Shown here: in pieces, positions 52,082 to 62,022 of the stretch
Layout of the letters: every line of letters starts with the position of its first letter
Numbering within the stretch: position 1 is the stretch's first letter
DNA from: Bacteroidia bacterium
GTDB taxonomy: Bacteria; Bacteroidota; Bacteroidia; SpSt-205
Assembly (NCBI GenBank): GCA_026003235.1
Contig: BPGW01000004.1
Location: forward strand, 2,711 to 66,710
Length of the DNA: 64,000 bases
Reading direction: 5' to 3'
Program-made: the position numbers and the translations under genes
The notes under the pieces: generated by a model
The model's input: only the letters and a program-made list of their open reading frames with translations
The model's database searches: none
What the model was told of the DNA's origin: nothing

Positions 52082-55000
52082 ATGCGGCGAAAGTGGCTAA
52101 TCTTATTCGGAGTTGTGATCGGAGTAGGGGCCCTTGTGTGGGTGTGGTTTTGGGGTTCGGTGGACTTTAGGGTAGAGGGGCCTAAAGAAGGTCTACTGCC
52201 TGGTACGAGGCTTGTGACGATAGTCTTGAAGAAGCCCCTATCCGAGGCGGTGGAGCTATCGGAAGCGCCTTTTGCGGTGGAGCCAGGGGTGCCGGTGGTG
52301 GGGTGGCAGCGCGCAGGCGCAGAACGGGTTTTTCTTCTGCTTGGGCAGCCCCTGCAAGCAGGCCAGCGCTACACCGTGCGCGCCCTACCCAGTAGCGGTC
52401 TTTCCGGCCAAGTGAAGGTGCAGGTGCAGCCCCTCACATTGACGGTGGCCCCTGTGGCTTATTGGGGCGCAGAGGGTACGCCGGCCCTTCTGCTGCAGGC
52501 TAATGGGGAACTTTCTGTGGACAGGTTGTCAACGGTGATTCGCCTACACTCCCCTGAAAAAAAACGCGATTCCCTTCCGAGCGGTAAGTCTATCGCCGCG
52601 AGAAGCGCTTCTGGTGCTGGAGGGGCGGGTGGAGAAAGCGGAGGTGCCTCCCATCCGGGAGGGTTCGTACTGGGTGCGGGGAGCGCAGCTATCCTGGTCC
52701 GATACGCTACCCTTTGAGGTGCGGGAAGTGGTGGTGGAGCGGCAGGAGGAAGGCTGGCGGATTCGCGTGCGGTGTAGCCACTGGATAGAAGGCCTACCTG
52801 CCCTGGAGAAGTACCTGCGTCTGGAGGGGGGGGAGCCTTTCACCTTGCAGGTGCGGGGCATAGATGCGTATGTGTATCCGGTTCGGTTGCCTAAGGGGGT
52901 TTTTCGGCTGGAGGTGTTGGCTGGCTTCCCGGGCGCCGGGAAGGCCCTCACGCAGTCGGAGACCTTTCAGCTTGCCTCGCCGGCTGACCCTCCCCTGGCC
53001 TGGGTGCGGCCTACCGTCCATGCGCTGCCGGTCGGTACGCCGCTTCTCTTTCGCGCTGGAGAGACAAAAGAGGTTCGCATGGAGGTGTGGCGCATCCTTC
53101 CCCAGAATGTGCGGCTCTTCTTTGCGCAGGTGGTAGAGCGTGGCACAGGCTGGATGACCTACACGAAGAGCGAGGAGGATTACGGGTGGGATTACTTTCC
53201 CTGGTGGGCCCAGCTCAAAGACTATGGGGAGCTTCTGTACGACCGGTCGGTGAGCTTGGATGCCCTTCCTAAGCGGGTGGAGCGCGGCGAGACCTGGTAC
53301 GGTATAGGGCACGATTGGTCCCCTGGCGTTTACTGGGTGAAATTGGAGGGAGGCAGCCGCACGATCTCCACTTGGGTGGTGGTGGGGGAGTATGGGCTTC
53401 TTGCGCGGCGAGGCAAGCGGTTGCTCACGATATGGGCTGTAGCGCACCGAGAAAAGGCCCCTTTAAGCGGTGTCGTGGTGGAGGTGTGGGGGCCGGCTGG
53501 CCAGCGGCTGGGGGTCGCGCGCACCGACCGAAACGGTCAGGCTACCCTTCCTCTGCCGCCGGATGCTGAGCCTGTCGGTGTGTGGAGCCAATGGGAAGGC
53601 CAGCCCAGCTACTTACCCTTGGCGGGCCTGTACCCGGGCCGTTGGAGCTTTGAGACCCAAGGCACAGACCCCGAAGCGGTGCCTTTCTTGGTGTACCTGC
53701 AGCCGGGTCGCACGCTTTTCCGCCCGGGCGATACCTTGCGGATAGCGGGCTTTTTGCGCACGCCGGACCTCCGCTACCCGGCCCATCCGACTGCCCTCCG
53801 CCTGCGAGGAGAACTTACCGGCCCTCAGGGCAAGCCCGTATGGCAAGGAACCCTCTCCTGTGACGAAAAAGCCGCTTGGCAATGGCAGTATCCCCTTCCT
53901 CTCGCCGCCGCTACAGGACCCTATCGCTTCTCGTTGTACCGATCCAAGGGCGGAGAAGAAGAAAAGCTTGCCGAGCTGTCGCTTGCCGTGGAGTTTTTCC
54001 GGCCGGAGCGGCTTGCTGTAGATATGCTTGCGCGGCGGGAGGGCCCCTCGGTCCGCTTGCAAGTGCAGGCTTCGTACCTGTATGGGGCGCCGGCAGCCGG
54101 CCTCTCCGGAGAGGTATCGGCAGCTTGGCAGCCCACGGCCCCCGACGACCCCCAAAGCCAAGGCTACCTCTGGACGATACAAGTGCCTGATTCGGCCCGC
54201 AAAGCTTGGGAGCGGGAAGCTTCCCGCATCCTCCAGCTGAGCTCCGAAGGAACCGCTGCGCCCTTGGTCCCCCTGCCCGTGGGATGGGGGTATGGAACGC
54301 TTGCCTTTTCTGCGCGCATCTTGGACGATGAGGGGCGCCCAAATCGGGGCGTCGCTACGCTGGCTTGCCTCACGCAGCCGGTGCTGGTCGGCTTGCAGCG
54401 CCTGCCCCGCTACTTGCAGGCCGGCGAACCGATTACCCTCTCCTTGCGGGCCTTGAGCGGAGAGCCGCTGCGCCCTCACACCGACCCCCTCTCTGTCCGG
54501 GTAGAAGTATGGCACCGAGCCTACATGCCCTACGTCACAGAGTCCTGGTGGGGCTATGAGTGGCATTATCGTCCCGTGGAAAAGCTGTACTTGCGGACGC
54601 GGCTGGCCCTGGAAGGGGGCAAGGCAGAATGGGCCTTTACCCCGCGCGAAGCAGGCGAATACGAAGTGCGGATTTGGGCACCCCAGCAGGTGTATCCCCT
54701 CTCGCAAACCGTAGAAGTGTGGGGTTGGGGTGGGGGACAGCTTCAGGGAGACCCCGAGGGCCATGTAGAGATTACGCCGCAGGCCCTCCCCGTAAAAGTC
54801 GGCCAGAAAGCCCGCTTCCTCATCAAGGCGCCTTTGCCAGGGCGGCTTCTCGTATCCGTAGAACGCGGTCAGGTCTTACATAGCGAGTGGCTGACTGTGA
54901 CCGAACAGACGGCAGAGCTTAGCTTATCGGTGAAGGAGGCTTGGTTTCCGGGTGCGTACCTCCATGTGGTGGCGTTTCATTCGGCAGAAGGAGCGCTGCT

Positions 55001-57308
55001 GCCTTTCCCGATCTCTCGGGGAATGGTGTACATACCGGTGGAACAAGAAGGGCGGCGGCTCCAGCCGGTGATCCAAGCTCCCGCTCAAGCCCTTCCCGGC
55101 CAAGAGATAGAGGTCACCGTGACAGGGCTCCCCCCCAAAGCCCAAGTTGTTTTGGCCGGTGTAGACAAGGGCATCCTGAGCCTCCAGCCGCAAGACGTAG
55201 GCGACCCTTACGAGGCCTTTTATGGGCGCAGGGCCTATGGCCTCTCAGTGTATGAACACTTCCCTTATGTGCCTGTATGGGGGCCTTCCATCGTGGGGGG
55301 AGATGCAGGGGAGGAAGCCGCCCAGAGCCTGCGCGAGGCAAAAGAGACGATTTTGGCCTTTCTCTGGGGGCCCCTGGAAGCCGATGCACGGGGCCGCATC
55401 TCGGTCAAAGTACGGCTGCCGGCGTTCACAGGGCAGATTCGGTGGCGGGCCTACGCCCTCACAGAAAACGCCTTTGGGATGGGAGAGGCTTTCACGAGAG
55501 TCTCTACGCCGGTGGTGGCCCGGGTAGCCTTGCCCTTTTTCTTGAGCCAGGGGGACCAGCTGGAAGTGCCCCTTACCCTCCAGAATACCACCGGGCAGGT
55601 GCAAACCGGTACTTGGGAAGTGCGCCTTACAGGGAAGGGCCTCCGTTGCATACCCGAAAGGGGGACCTATTCACTCAGGCCGGGTGCTATCCTGCGGGAG
55701 AAGCTGCGGTTTGAAGCCACGGAGCCGATGGGCCTTGTGCGGTTCGTGCTGATGGCTGGAGGCCGGGAGCTGCAAGCCCGCGAGGTGCGCTTGCGCCCCG
55801 CCGAAGCCCCCCAGCGCCTGCTGACCTCTTATACGATCCAGCCGGGGGAATCGCTTCGGGTGGAGCTGCTGGGGACTTCGTTCTTGCCGGCTACGCGAGA
55901 GGTGCGCCTTGCGGTAAGCCCTTCTCCGCTGGCCCTTCAGATGGTAGGGGCGGTGAGGGGCCTTATAGGGTACCCGCATGGGTGTGGCGAACAGATTACT
56001 TCACGGGCGCTGGCTACCCTCTTAGCCGGCGAATGGGTGGCCCCTCTGACGGGCCTATCTCCGGATACCCTGCGCCGCTACACCTTTGCCGCCATAGATA
56101 AGCTCGCCGCCCTCATGAACGAAGAGGGGGCCTTGGCCTACTGGCCGGGAGGGGCTTCCGACGAGTGGCTCAGCGTGTATGGGGCGTACTTCCTGCATGA
56201 GGCTTGGCGGGCTGGCTACACCGAGGCAGAACCCCTCTGGCAAAAGGCTTTGGCCCATCAGCGGGCGCGCCTGCGAGAAGGGGGGGTCTCGTCGCTGCCG
56301 CAGGCCTTTCGTGCGCTTCTCCTGGCCCAGGCTTTGCCCTCCGCCGAAGCCAGAAAGCTCTTCCCTGCCCCCCAAGAAGTCAAAGCGACCACTGATCCGC
56401 TCGTGCGCACCCTCTGGTGGGCGGCCTTCGCTCAGGTGGGCCTTCCGATGGATACGGCTCCGTTGGAACGGCCGCCTTCGTTTGCTTCCTCTCACCGTAG
56501 CTATGGGGGGTGGCTTTTCTCTCCCTATCGCGATGCAGCCCTGCTGTGGTATGCGTGGAGTTTCCTGCCGGCAGAACAGCAGAGTGGCCGTTGGGCCAGT
56601 CTGGAAAGCCAGCTTACCGGAGAGCTCCTGAAGGCCCAGAACCTTTCTACGCAGGAGGCGGCTTGGCTTTTGCTGGCCTTGCGCCGTCACCTGCGTGGGC
56701 AAGTGGCCGGCCTCGCTCTCCAAGCAGCCGGTAAAACCTACAGGCCGCAGGGCCTTCTCTGGGCTATGGATATGACGAACCTGGCCGGCCAGGAAGTCTA
56801 CGCTTTCTCTGCCGGGAAGTCTCCCCTCTCTCTTGTGGTGTGGGCCAGCGGCGTGCCGGTGACACCACAGCCGGCCCAAGCCCACGGCCTCACCCTCTCT
56901 ACGCGGCTGGAGGACTTAAGGACCGGCCGACCGCTGGCTTTCACGGCTTTGCAGCCCGGCCAGCGCTGCAAATGGATCATAGAGCTAACCTATGACGGGG
57001 CGCAAACGCTGGAGAATGTCGCCCTCACCGTGCCCCTCCCCGCAGGCTGGCAAGCCGACAATCCTCGTCTTGACCCTACCAGTTCCGAGGAGACCTCCGG
57101 CCTGGAGGTGGTCTATACCGACCGGCGAGAAGACCGCCTGCTCTATTACCTTACCCTCAGCAGGCCTAAAGCCCGCATAGAGATACCCGTGCAGGTGGTG
57201 CATGCAGGCCGGTATAGGCTTCCTTCGGTAAGTGCGGAGGTGATGTACCAGCCGGAGCTTTTTGGGAATACCGCTTCGCAGATGCTGGAGGTAGGTAGGG
57301 GGCTGTGA
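52082..57308 (+). CDS. Bacterial alpha-2-macroglobulin; frameshift probably at the A8 run 52557-52564
   Basis: LFRPGD MG2; EFFRPER; GVDKGIL; thioester GYPHGCGEQ; DRREDR; adjacent to PBP1C. Confidence 0.9.
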
Positions 57309-59485
57309 GGGGAGCTTGGGTCTTGTATGGGGGGCTGGCGGCGCTCCTGGTGCTGGGTTGGCTGTGGGAAGAGGCTCCTGTTCCACCCTCCCTCAGCCCG
57401 CAGGTGGTAGGAGAAGGCGGTCAGGTCCTGCATATAGGCTTGGCGGCGGATGGGCGCTGGCGCTTGCCCCCTTCTGAAGCGGCCATAGCGAAGGTGGCTC
57501 CCTTCCTCCTTCACAAGGAGGATAGGGCTTTCTGGTGGCATCCTGGGGTATACCCGCCTGCGCTGGTACGGGCGCTGTGGTACACGCTGCGAGGTCATAG
57601 GCAAGGGGGCTCTACCCTCACCATGCAGCTTGCGCGGCTGTGGCGGCCAGGCTCTCGCACCCCTCTCCGCAAGCTTCAGGAAATCGCCTGGGCGATAGGT
57701 CTGGAGCTGCGCTACAGCAAGAAAGCCCTTCTTCGGTATTACCTTCTGTCGCTACCCGTCGGCGGAAACGCAGAAGGGATAGAGACGGCGGCCCGCCGCT
57801 ACTTTGGCAAGCCCGCTGAGCGGCTCACGCCGCTGGAAGTGAGCGCGATTTTGCTGGTGGCGCAGCGGCCGGCATGGCATCGGGCCTTTTTGCGGGGGGA
57901 TCCGGCTTTTCGGCAGCGGGCGCTGGCCTGGGTGCGAAGGTGGGTCCAAGCAGGCCTCCTTTCCCCCGCAGAGCTACGCCAAGCCGAAGAGACCCCTCTC
58001 CAGCCCCTCGTGCATCCCTTCCCTCGCCTCCCCCTCAACGCCCTGCCTCCCCAGCAAGCGCCTGTAGATACGCTTTTTCTCTCCCCTTCCCTCCAAGCGG
58101 CGCTTACGAAGCGCTTGGAGCATCATTTGGCCTACTGGCAGAGCTGTGGGATCCGGCAGGGAGCTATCCTGGTGGTGGAAGCCTCCACAGGCCGGGTACG
58201 GGCCTACGTGCCCAGTCTTTCCTACGAGAGCTGCGCGCTGGACCTCATTCAAGAGCGGCGACCCGTGGGCAGTGTCCTCAAACCTTTCCTCTGGACAGAA
58301 GCCCTGGAAAAAGGCCTTATCCACTCGCAGACGCCCCTTATTGACGCGCCTCGCAACTACGAAGGCTACGTTCCGGTGAACTTCCATCGGCTCCGGTATC
58401 AGGGGCTGATTTCGGCTTCGGAGGCTTTGGCGGCTTCCCTCAACGCCCCCGCGGTAGACCTACTTATGCGGGTAGGGCTGTCGGAATTCGGCCTTTGCAT
58501 GCAAAGGCTGGGTCTTCCTTTTTCTCGAGAAGGGGGGGCTGCGACCATCGTAGGCGCCGCAGAAGCTTCCCTGTACGAGATCGTGCAAGCCTATACCGCC
58601 CTGGCGACAGGGGGCCAGGTGGTAAAACTGCGCCGTCGCCCAACCGATCCCGCTGAGACTTGGTCCGTGTGGGGGCCAGGCGGACCGTGGATCGTTAGCG
58701 AGATCCTCAGGCAGGGGGAGTGGAGCTACAAGACCGGTACGTCGGCTCGTCTGCGGGATGCCTGGTGTATAGCCTGGAATCGCCGCTATGTGGTAGGGGT
58801 GTGGCTGGGGAATCCGGAGGCCTGGCCCAGCGGCTGCCTCAAAGGCGCGCTGGTGGCTTTACCGCTGGCCCAGGAAGTGGTTCGCCACCTGCAGGCAGCC
58901 GAACCGCCGCCCCGACCCGATGCCGTGATGCAGGTGGCGGTGTGCCCCCTTACCGGTGAGGCACCCGGCCCCGCCTGCAAGCACACCGTGAACGCCTGGG
59001 GCATGCGAGACAAGCTTGTTCTCGGAAGCTGTATGCACTACCGGCGGTTGTGGGTGGGGTCTACTTACAGTTACTGCGAGGCCTGCTTGCCGCTGGATAC
59101 CCTCGGAAAGGGTCTGCGGCTTGTGCAGCTTCCTGCGCTGCCCTGGCGGCTCCTTCAGCAGCCTGCCGCTGTCCAAGCGCTTCCGCCGCATTTTCTGGGC
59201 TGTCCGGCGCTTCGGGTGGAGGTGCTTTCGCCGGTGCCTGGGCGGGTCGTGTGGCTACAGCGCGAGGGCTATCGGATCCCTCTCCAAGCCGTAGCTGCGC
59301 CCCTTGCCCCGCTGCTGTGGGGTAGGGGAAACGATACTATAGGTTGGCAAGAGCCCAGCAAGCCCCTTTGGTACTCTCCTACCACTCGCGATACCCTTTT
59401 GCGGCTGTGGGTGCAAGCGGGCGCTGTGCGTAAGACGATCGTTTGTCGGGTGCGGTTTCTCTACCACTCTTCGTCGGGGCCTTGA
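57305..59485 (+). CDS. pbpC: Penicillin-binding protein 1C
   Basis: EDRAFWWHPGV; GGSTLTMQLAR; GSVLKP; SLN; KTGTS; follows A2M. Confidence 0.88.
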   Translation: MRGAWVLYGGLAALLVLGWLWEEAPVPPSLSPQVVGEGGQVLHIGLAADGRWRLPPSEAAIAKVAPFLLHKEDRAFWWHPGVYPPALVRALWYTLRGHRQGGSTLTMQLARLWRPGSRTPLRKLQEIAWAIGLELRYSKKALLRYYLLSLPVGGNAEGIETAARRYFGKPAERLTPLEVSAILLVAQRPAWHRAFLRGDPAFRQRALAWVRRWVQAGLLSPAELRQAEETPLQPLVHPFPRLPLNALPPQQAPVDTLFLSPSLQAALTKRLEHHLAYWQSCGIRQGAILVVEASTGRVRAYVPSLSYESCALDLIQERRPVGSVLKPFLWTEALEKGLIHSQTPLIDAPRNYEGYVPVNFHRLRYQGLISASEALAASLNAPAVDLLMRVGLSEFGLCMQRLGLPFSREGGAATIVGAAEASLYEIVQAYTALATGGQVVKLRRRPTDPAETWSVWGPGGPWIVSEILRQGEWSYKTGTSARLRDAWCIAWNRRYVVGVWLGNPEAWPSGCLKGALVALPLAQEVVRHLQAAEPPPRPDAVMQVAVCPLTGEAPGPACKHTVNAWGMRDKLVLGSCMHYRRLWVGSTYSYCEACLPLDTLGKGLRLVQLPALPWRLLQQPAAVQALPPHFLGCPALRVEVLSPVPGRVVWLQREGYRIPLQAVAAPLAPLLWGRGNDTIGWQEPSKPLWYSPTTRDTLLRLWVQAGAVRKTIVCRVRFLYHSSSGP

Positions 59486-61920
59486 GAAGGGCCGCTGCGA
59501 CGCCGCCGCCAGAAGTTTTCACCAGCCCGCGTTTGTTGGTAGCGCACTTGCAGGCCCACCACCCGAAAAGGCACACCGGTAACGCTCTCTTGGAAAAACG
59601 ACGGCCCCTGTAACCGAGTCTGGAAGCGAAGGTATTGATAAAAGGGGTTGTAAACCAGGCCCCCCACCGACCACCGCCCCCCAGCAAAGGTCTTGCGTAC
59701 CCCCAGCTCCTGAAACATGAACACCGGCTGAATACCCTGCAGCCCAACCCGAGGAGAGTTGTAGTTGCCAGATAGCTCCACCAGCCAAGAAGGAGCGGGT
59801 TTCCATTGGACGGAACCTCGCAGGCTGTATTGCCAGCCGGCGTTCTGGATGAGGGCATTTCCGATATTTGCCCGGTTGTTTACCCAGCCGATTTCGCCAT
59901 TGGCTTGGAAGGTGATTTTGTCTTTGAGAAAAGTTCGGCGCAGGAAAAGGTTGGCGCCATAGTAGCCCTGGATGCCAGCGTTGAGGAAGGTGGTGTGGGT
60001 CACGCCGGCGGCATCTACGAAGGAGTAGCGTTGCACGGCCTGGGTGGTGTAGCGAGCAAAGAGGGAGATGAAAGGGAAGGCCGACAGTTCCAGGGCGTGG
60101 GTGAGTTCGGGGCCTAAGTTAGGGTTGCCATACTGGATGTTGCGGGGGTCAGAGGCGTCTACGAAGGGGTTAAGTTCGGCCAGCCAGGGGCGTCGGATGC
60201 GCTGGCTGTAGCTGAGCTGCACAGGAAAAAGCCCCTTCACGCTGTAGCTGATAAGCACATTGGGGAAGAGGTTCTGGTAGTGCTGGTGGACAGCGAGGGT
60301 GCCTTGCAGGAAGCGGGCCTGATTGAGGGTATATTCGTATCGGAGGCCGGCTTTGAGGAGCCAGCGGTCGCGCGACCAGGCCAGAGAGACATAAGCGGCG
60401 GGTATCCACTGGGTGTACGTGAGCGTATCCTGGCGCCCGGGCAAGAGAAAGTAACTTTCTGTGGCGGCATTCCATCGCTCGTACTGGTAGCCTGTGGCCA
60501 GGCTGCGTAGGTTCAGGCGGGCGCCGGTTTCCAGTTTCCACCGCTCCCCGAAAGGATGGGTATAGTCTGCCTGAAGCTGCCCTTCGTAAGAGGGCCCCTG
60601 GTTGGTGCTACGCTCCTGGAGGGAAAAAGTATCCAGGGTGGCTATTTGGGTGAGGTTGTAGCGCTGGGTGCGTTGGGTGTAGCCTCCCTGCGCAGAGAGG
60701 AAAAGTTCTTGGCCTGGGTGGCTGGGGGGCCGGTAGGTGTAGTCCAAGTTAGCGTTCACGCCCCAGTCAGCAAGGGGGAAGCGCGCCGAGCGGGTGTAAG
60801 AGACGCCATTCCAGGGGCCGCCCTCCCATCGCACCAGAAGGTCATTCTGCCGGTCAAAGGAAAGGTTGCGAGCGTTTACCCCCCAGGAGAAGCTATGCGC
60901 GGCGTTCCTTAGAAAGTCGCCTCCGTAAAAGACGTTCGTTGCAAAGCGTCGGGGGAAAAAACTGCCATCCTGGTATAAGATTTGAGGACCGAGGGGGGTT
61001 TCCTGGATGCGGTAAAAATGGGTGTAGCCTGTACCGGCGTAGCGGTAGCGCCCTCCTACATTGAGGGTATGGGACCAACGGCCTACTTTGGCGCCAAGGG
61101 TGAGGCTGGCGTTGGCGATTTGGTTGGTCAGGCCAGCGTTGGCGGTGACGGTGAGGCCTTCCAGCCGATTACGCTTCAAGACAATGTTGAGGATTACAGC
61201 GCCTTCGGCTTCGTAGCGGGCCGAGGGATTGGTGATCAGTTCTATTCGTTCTATTTGGTCAGCGGGAATCGCTCGCAGGGCATCGCTGGGGCTATTGGCA
61301 AAGAGGAGGGAGGGCTTCCCGTCTACGTAAATGCGGACGGCGCCACTTCCGCGCACTTGGATGTTCCCATCCAGATCGACGTTTACGGCGGGCATTTTGC
61401 GCAGCACATCTATAGCATCGCCTCCCTGCACGGTGGCGTCTTTTTCAGGGTCATAGACGATTTTCTCGGGCTGGTATTGGATGGGGCTGCGTTCAGCTTG
61501 GATTTCCACAGCTGGCAGTTCTACGCCGCTTTCCGCTAAGTATAGGGTGCCTAAGTTCAGGTCGGGGCGCAGCGCTGTGGTCTCAACGATTTTTTCGGTA
61601 GGCGCATAGCCTAAGGGCTGGATGCGTAGCCGATATCGGCCGATGGGCACATCTTGCAGCACAAAAGCCCCTTGCTCGTTGGATAGCGCGCCGGTGATGA
61701 GCTTGTCTCCTCGGTACAGAGAAACCCCCACATAAGGCAAAGGCTGCTTGGTGGCGCTGTCTTTCAGGACGCCTTTGATGAGGCCTTTGAGAACTGCTTC
61801 GGGGCGTGGCGGCTCGTTTCCTTCCAAACCTGGAGGCCCGCCCCGACGGGCCGGACCTAGCCCCCCAGGCGGTTGAGCCCAAACGCCAGCCAGCACAGCT
61901 ACAGGCAGCAGGTATCGCAT
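59461..61920 (-). CDS. TonB-dependent receptor / outer-membrane beta-barrel family protein
   Basis: Signal ...VWAQ; CarboxypepD-like domain; IERIELITNPSARYEAEG plug; YSQRIRRP..LNPF..GNPNL.PE. Confidence 0.85.
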   Translation of the reverse strand: MRYLLPVAVLAGVWAQPPGGLGPARRGGPPGLEGNEPPRPEAVLKGLIKGVLKDSATKQPLPYVGVSLYRGDKLITGALSNEQGAFVLQDVPIGRYRLRIQPLGYAPTEKIVETTALRPDLNLGTLYLAESGVELPAVEIQAERSPIQYQPEKIVYDPEKDATVQGGDAIDVLRKMPAVNVDLDGNIQVRGSGAVRIYVDGKPSLLFANSPSDALRAIPADQIERIELITNPSARYEAEGAVILNIVLKRNRLEGLTVTANAGLTNQIANASLTLGAKVGRWSHTLNVGGRYRYAGTGYTHFYRIQETPLGPQILYQDGSFFPRRFATNVFYGGDFLRNAAHSFSWGVNARNLSFDRQNDLLVRWEGGPWNGVSYTRSARFPLADWGVNANLDYTYRPPSHPGQELFLSAQGGYTQRTQRYNLTQIATLDTFSLQERSTNQGPSYEGQLQADYTHPFGERWKLETGARLNLRSLATGYQYERWNAATESYFLLPGRQDTLTYTQWIPAAYVSLAWSRDRWLLKAGLRYEYTLNQARFLQGTLAVHQHYQNLFPNVLISYSVKGLFPVQLSYSQRIRRPWLAELNPFVDASDPRNIQYGNPNLGPELTHALELSAFPFISLFARYTTQAVQRYSFVDAAGVTHTTFLNAGIQGYYGANLFLRRTFLKDKITFQANGEIGWVNNRANIGNALIQNAGWQYSLRGSVQWKPAPSWLVELSGNYNSPRVGLQGIQPVFMFQELGVRKTFAGGRWSVGGLVYNPFYQYLRFQTRLQGPSFFQESVTGVPFRVVGLQVRYQQTRAGENFWRRRRSGPSQGPDEEW

Positions 61921-62022
61921 CGTCGTGTGACAAACTAAGAGGCAGCAAAAGTACAGGAGGTTTAACATAAGCACGCAGGAAACTTAGTTGAAAAGTTCCT
62001 CCCTGAAGCGTACCTTTGCGGT

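Noticed and set aside
52557..52564. A8 tract in A2M as a phase-variation switch
   Set aside because: Indistinguishable from the background homopolymer error pattern.
5060..52570. Frameshifts in ~15 genes (holB, RluA, PBP1A, M32, bshC, GT2, permeases, TBDR, A2M, etc.) as pseudogenes or programmed frameshifting
   Set aside because: They are mostly single-base indels in homopolymers, they hit essential genes such as holB, and catalytic motifs are intact. This is typical of unpolished long-read consensus; read mapping would settle it.
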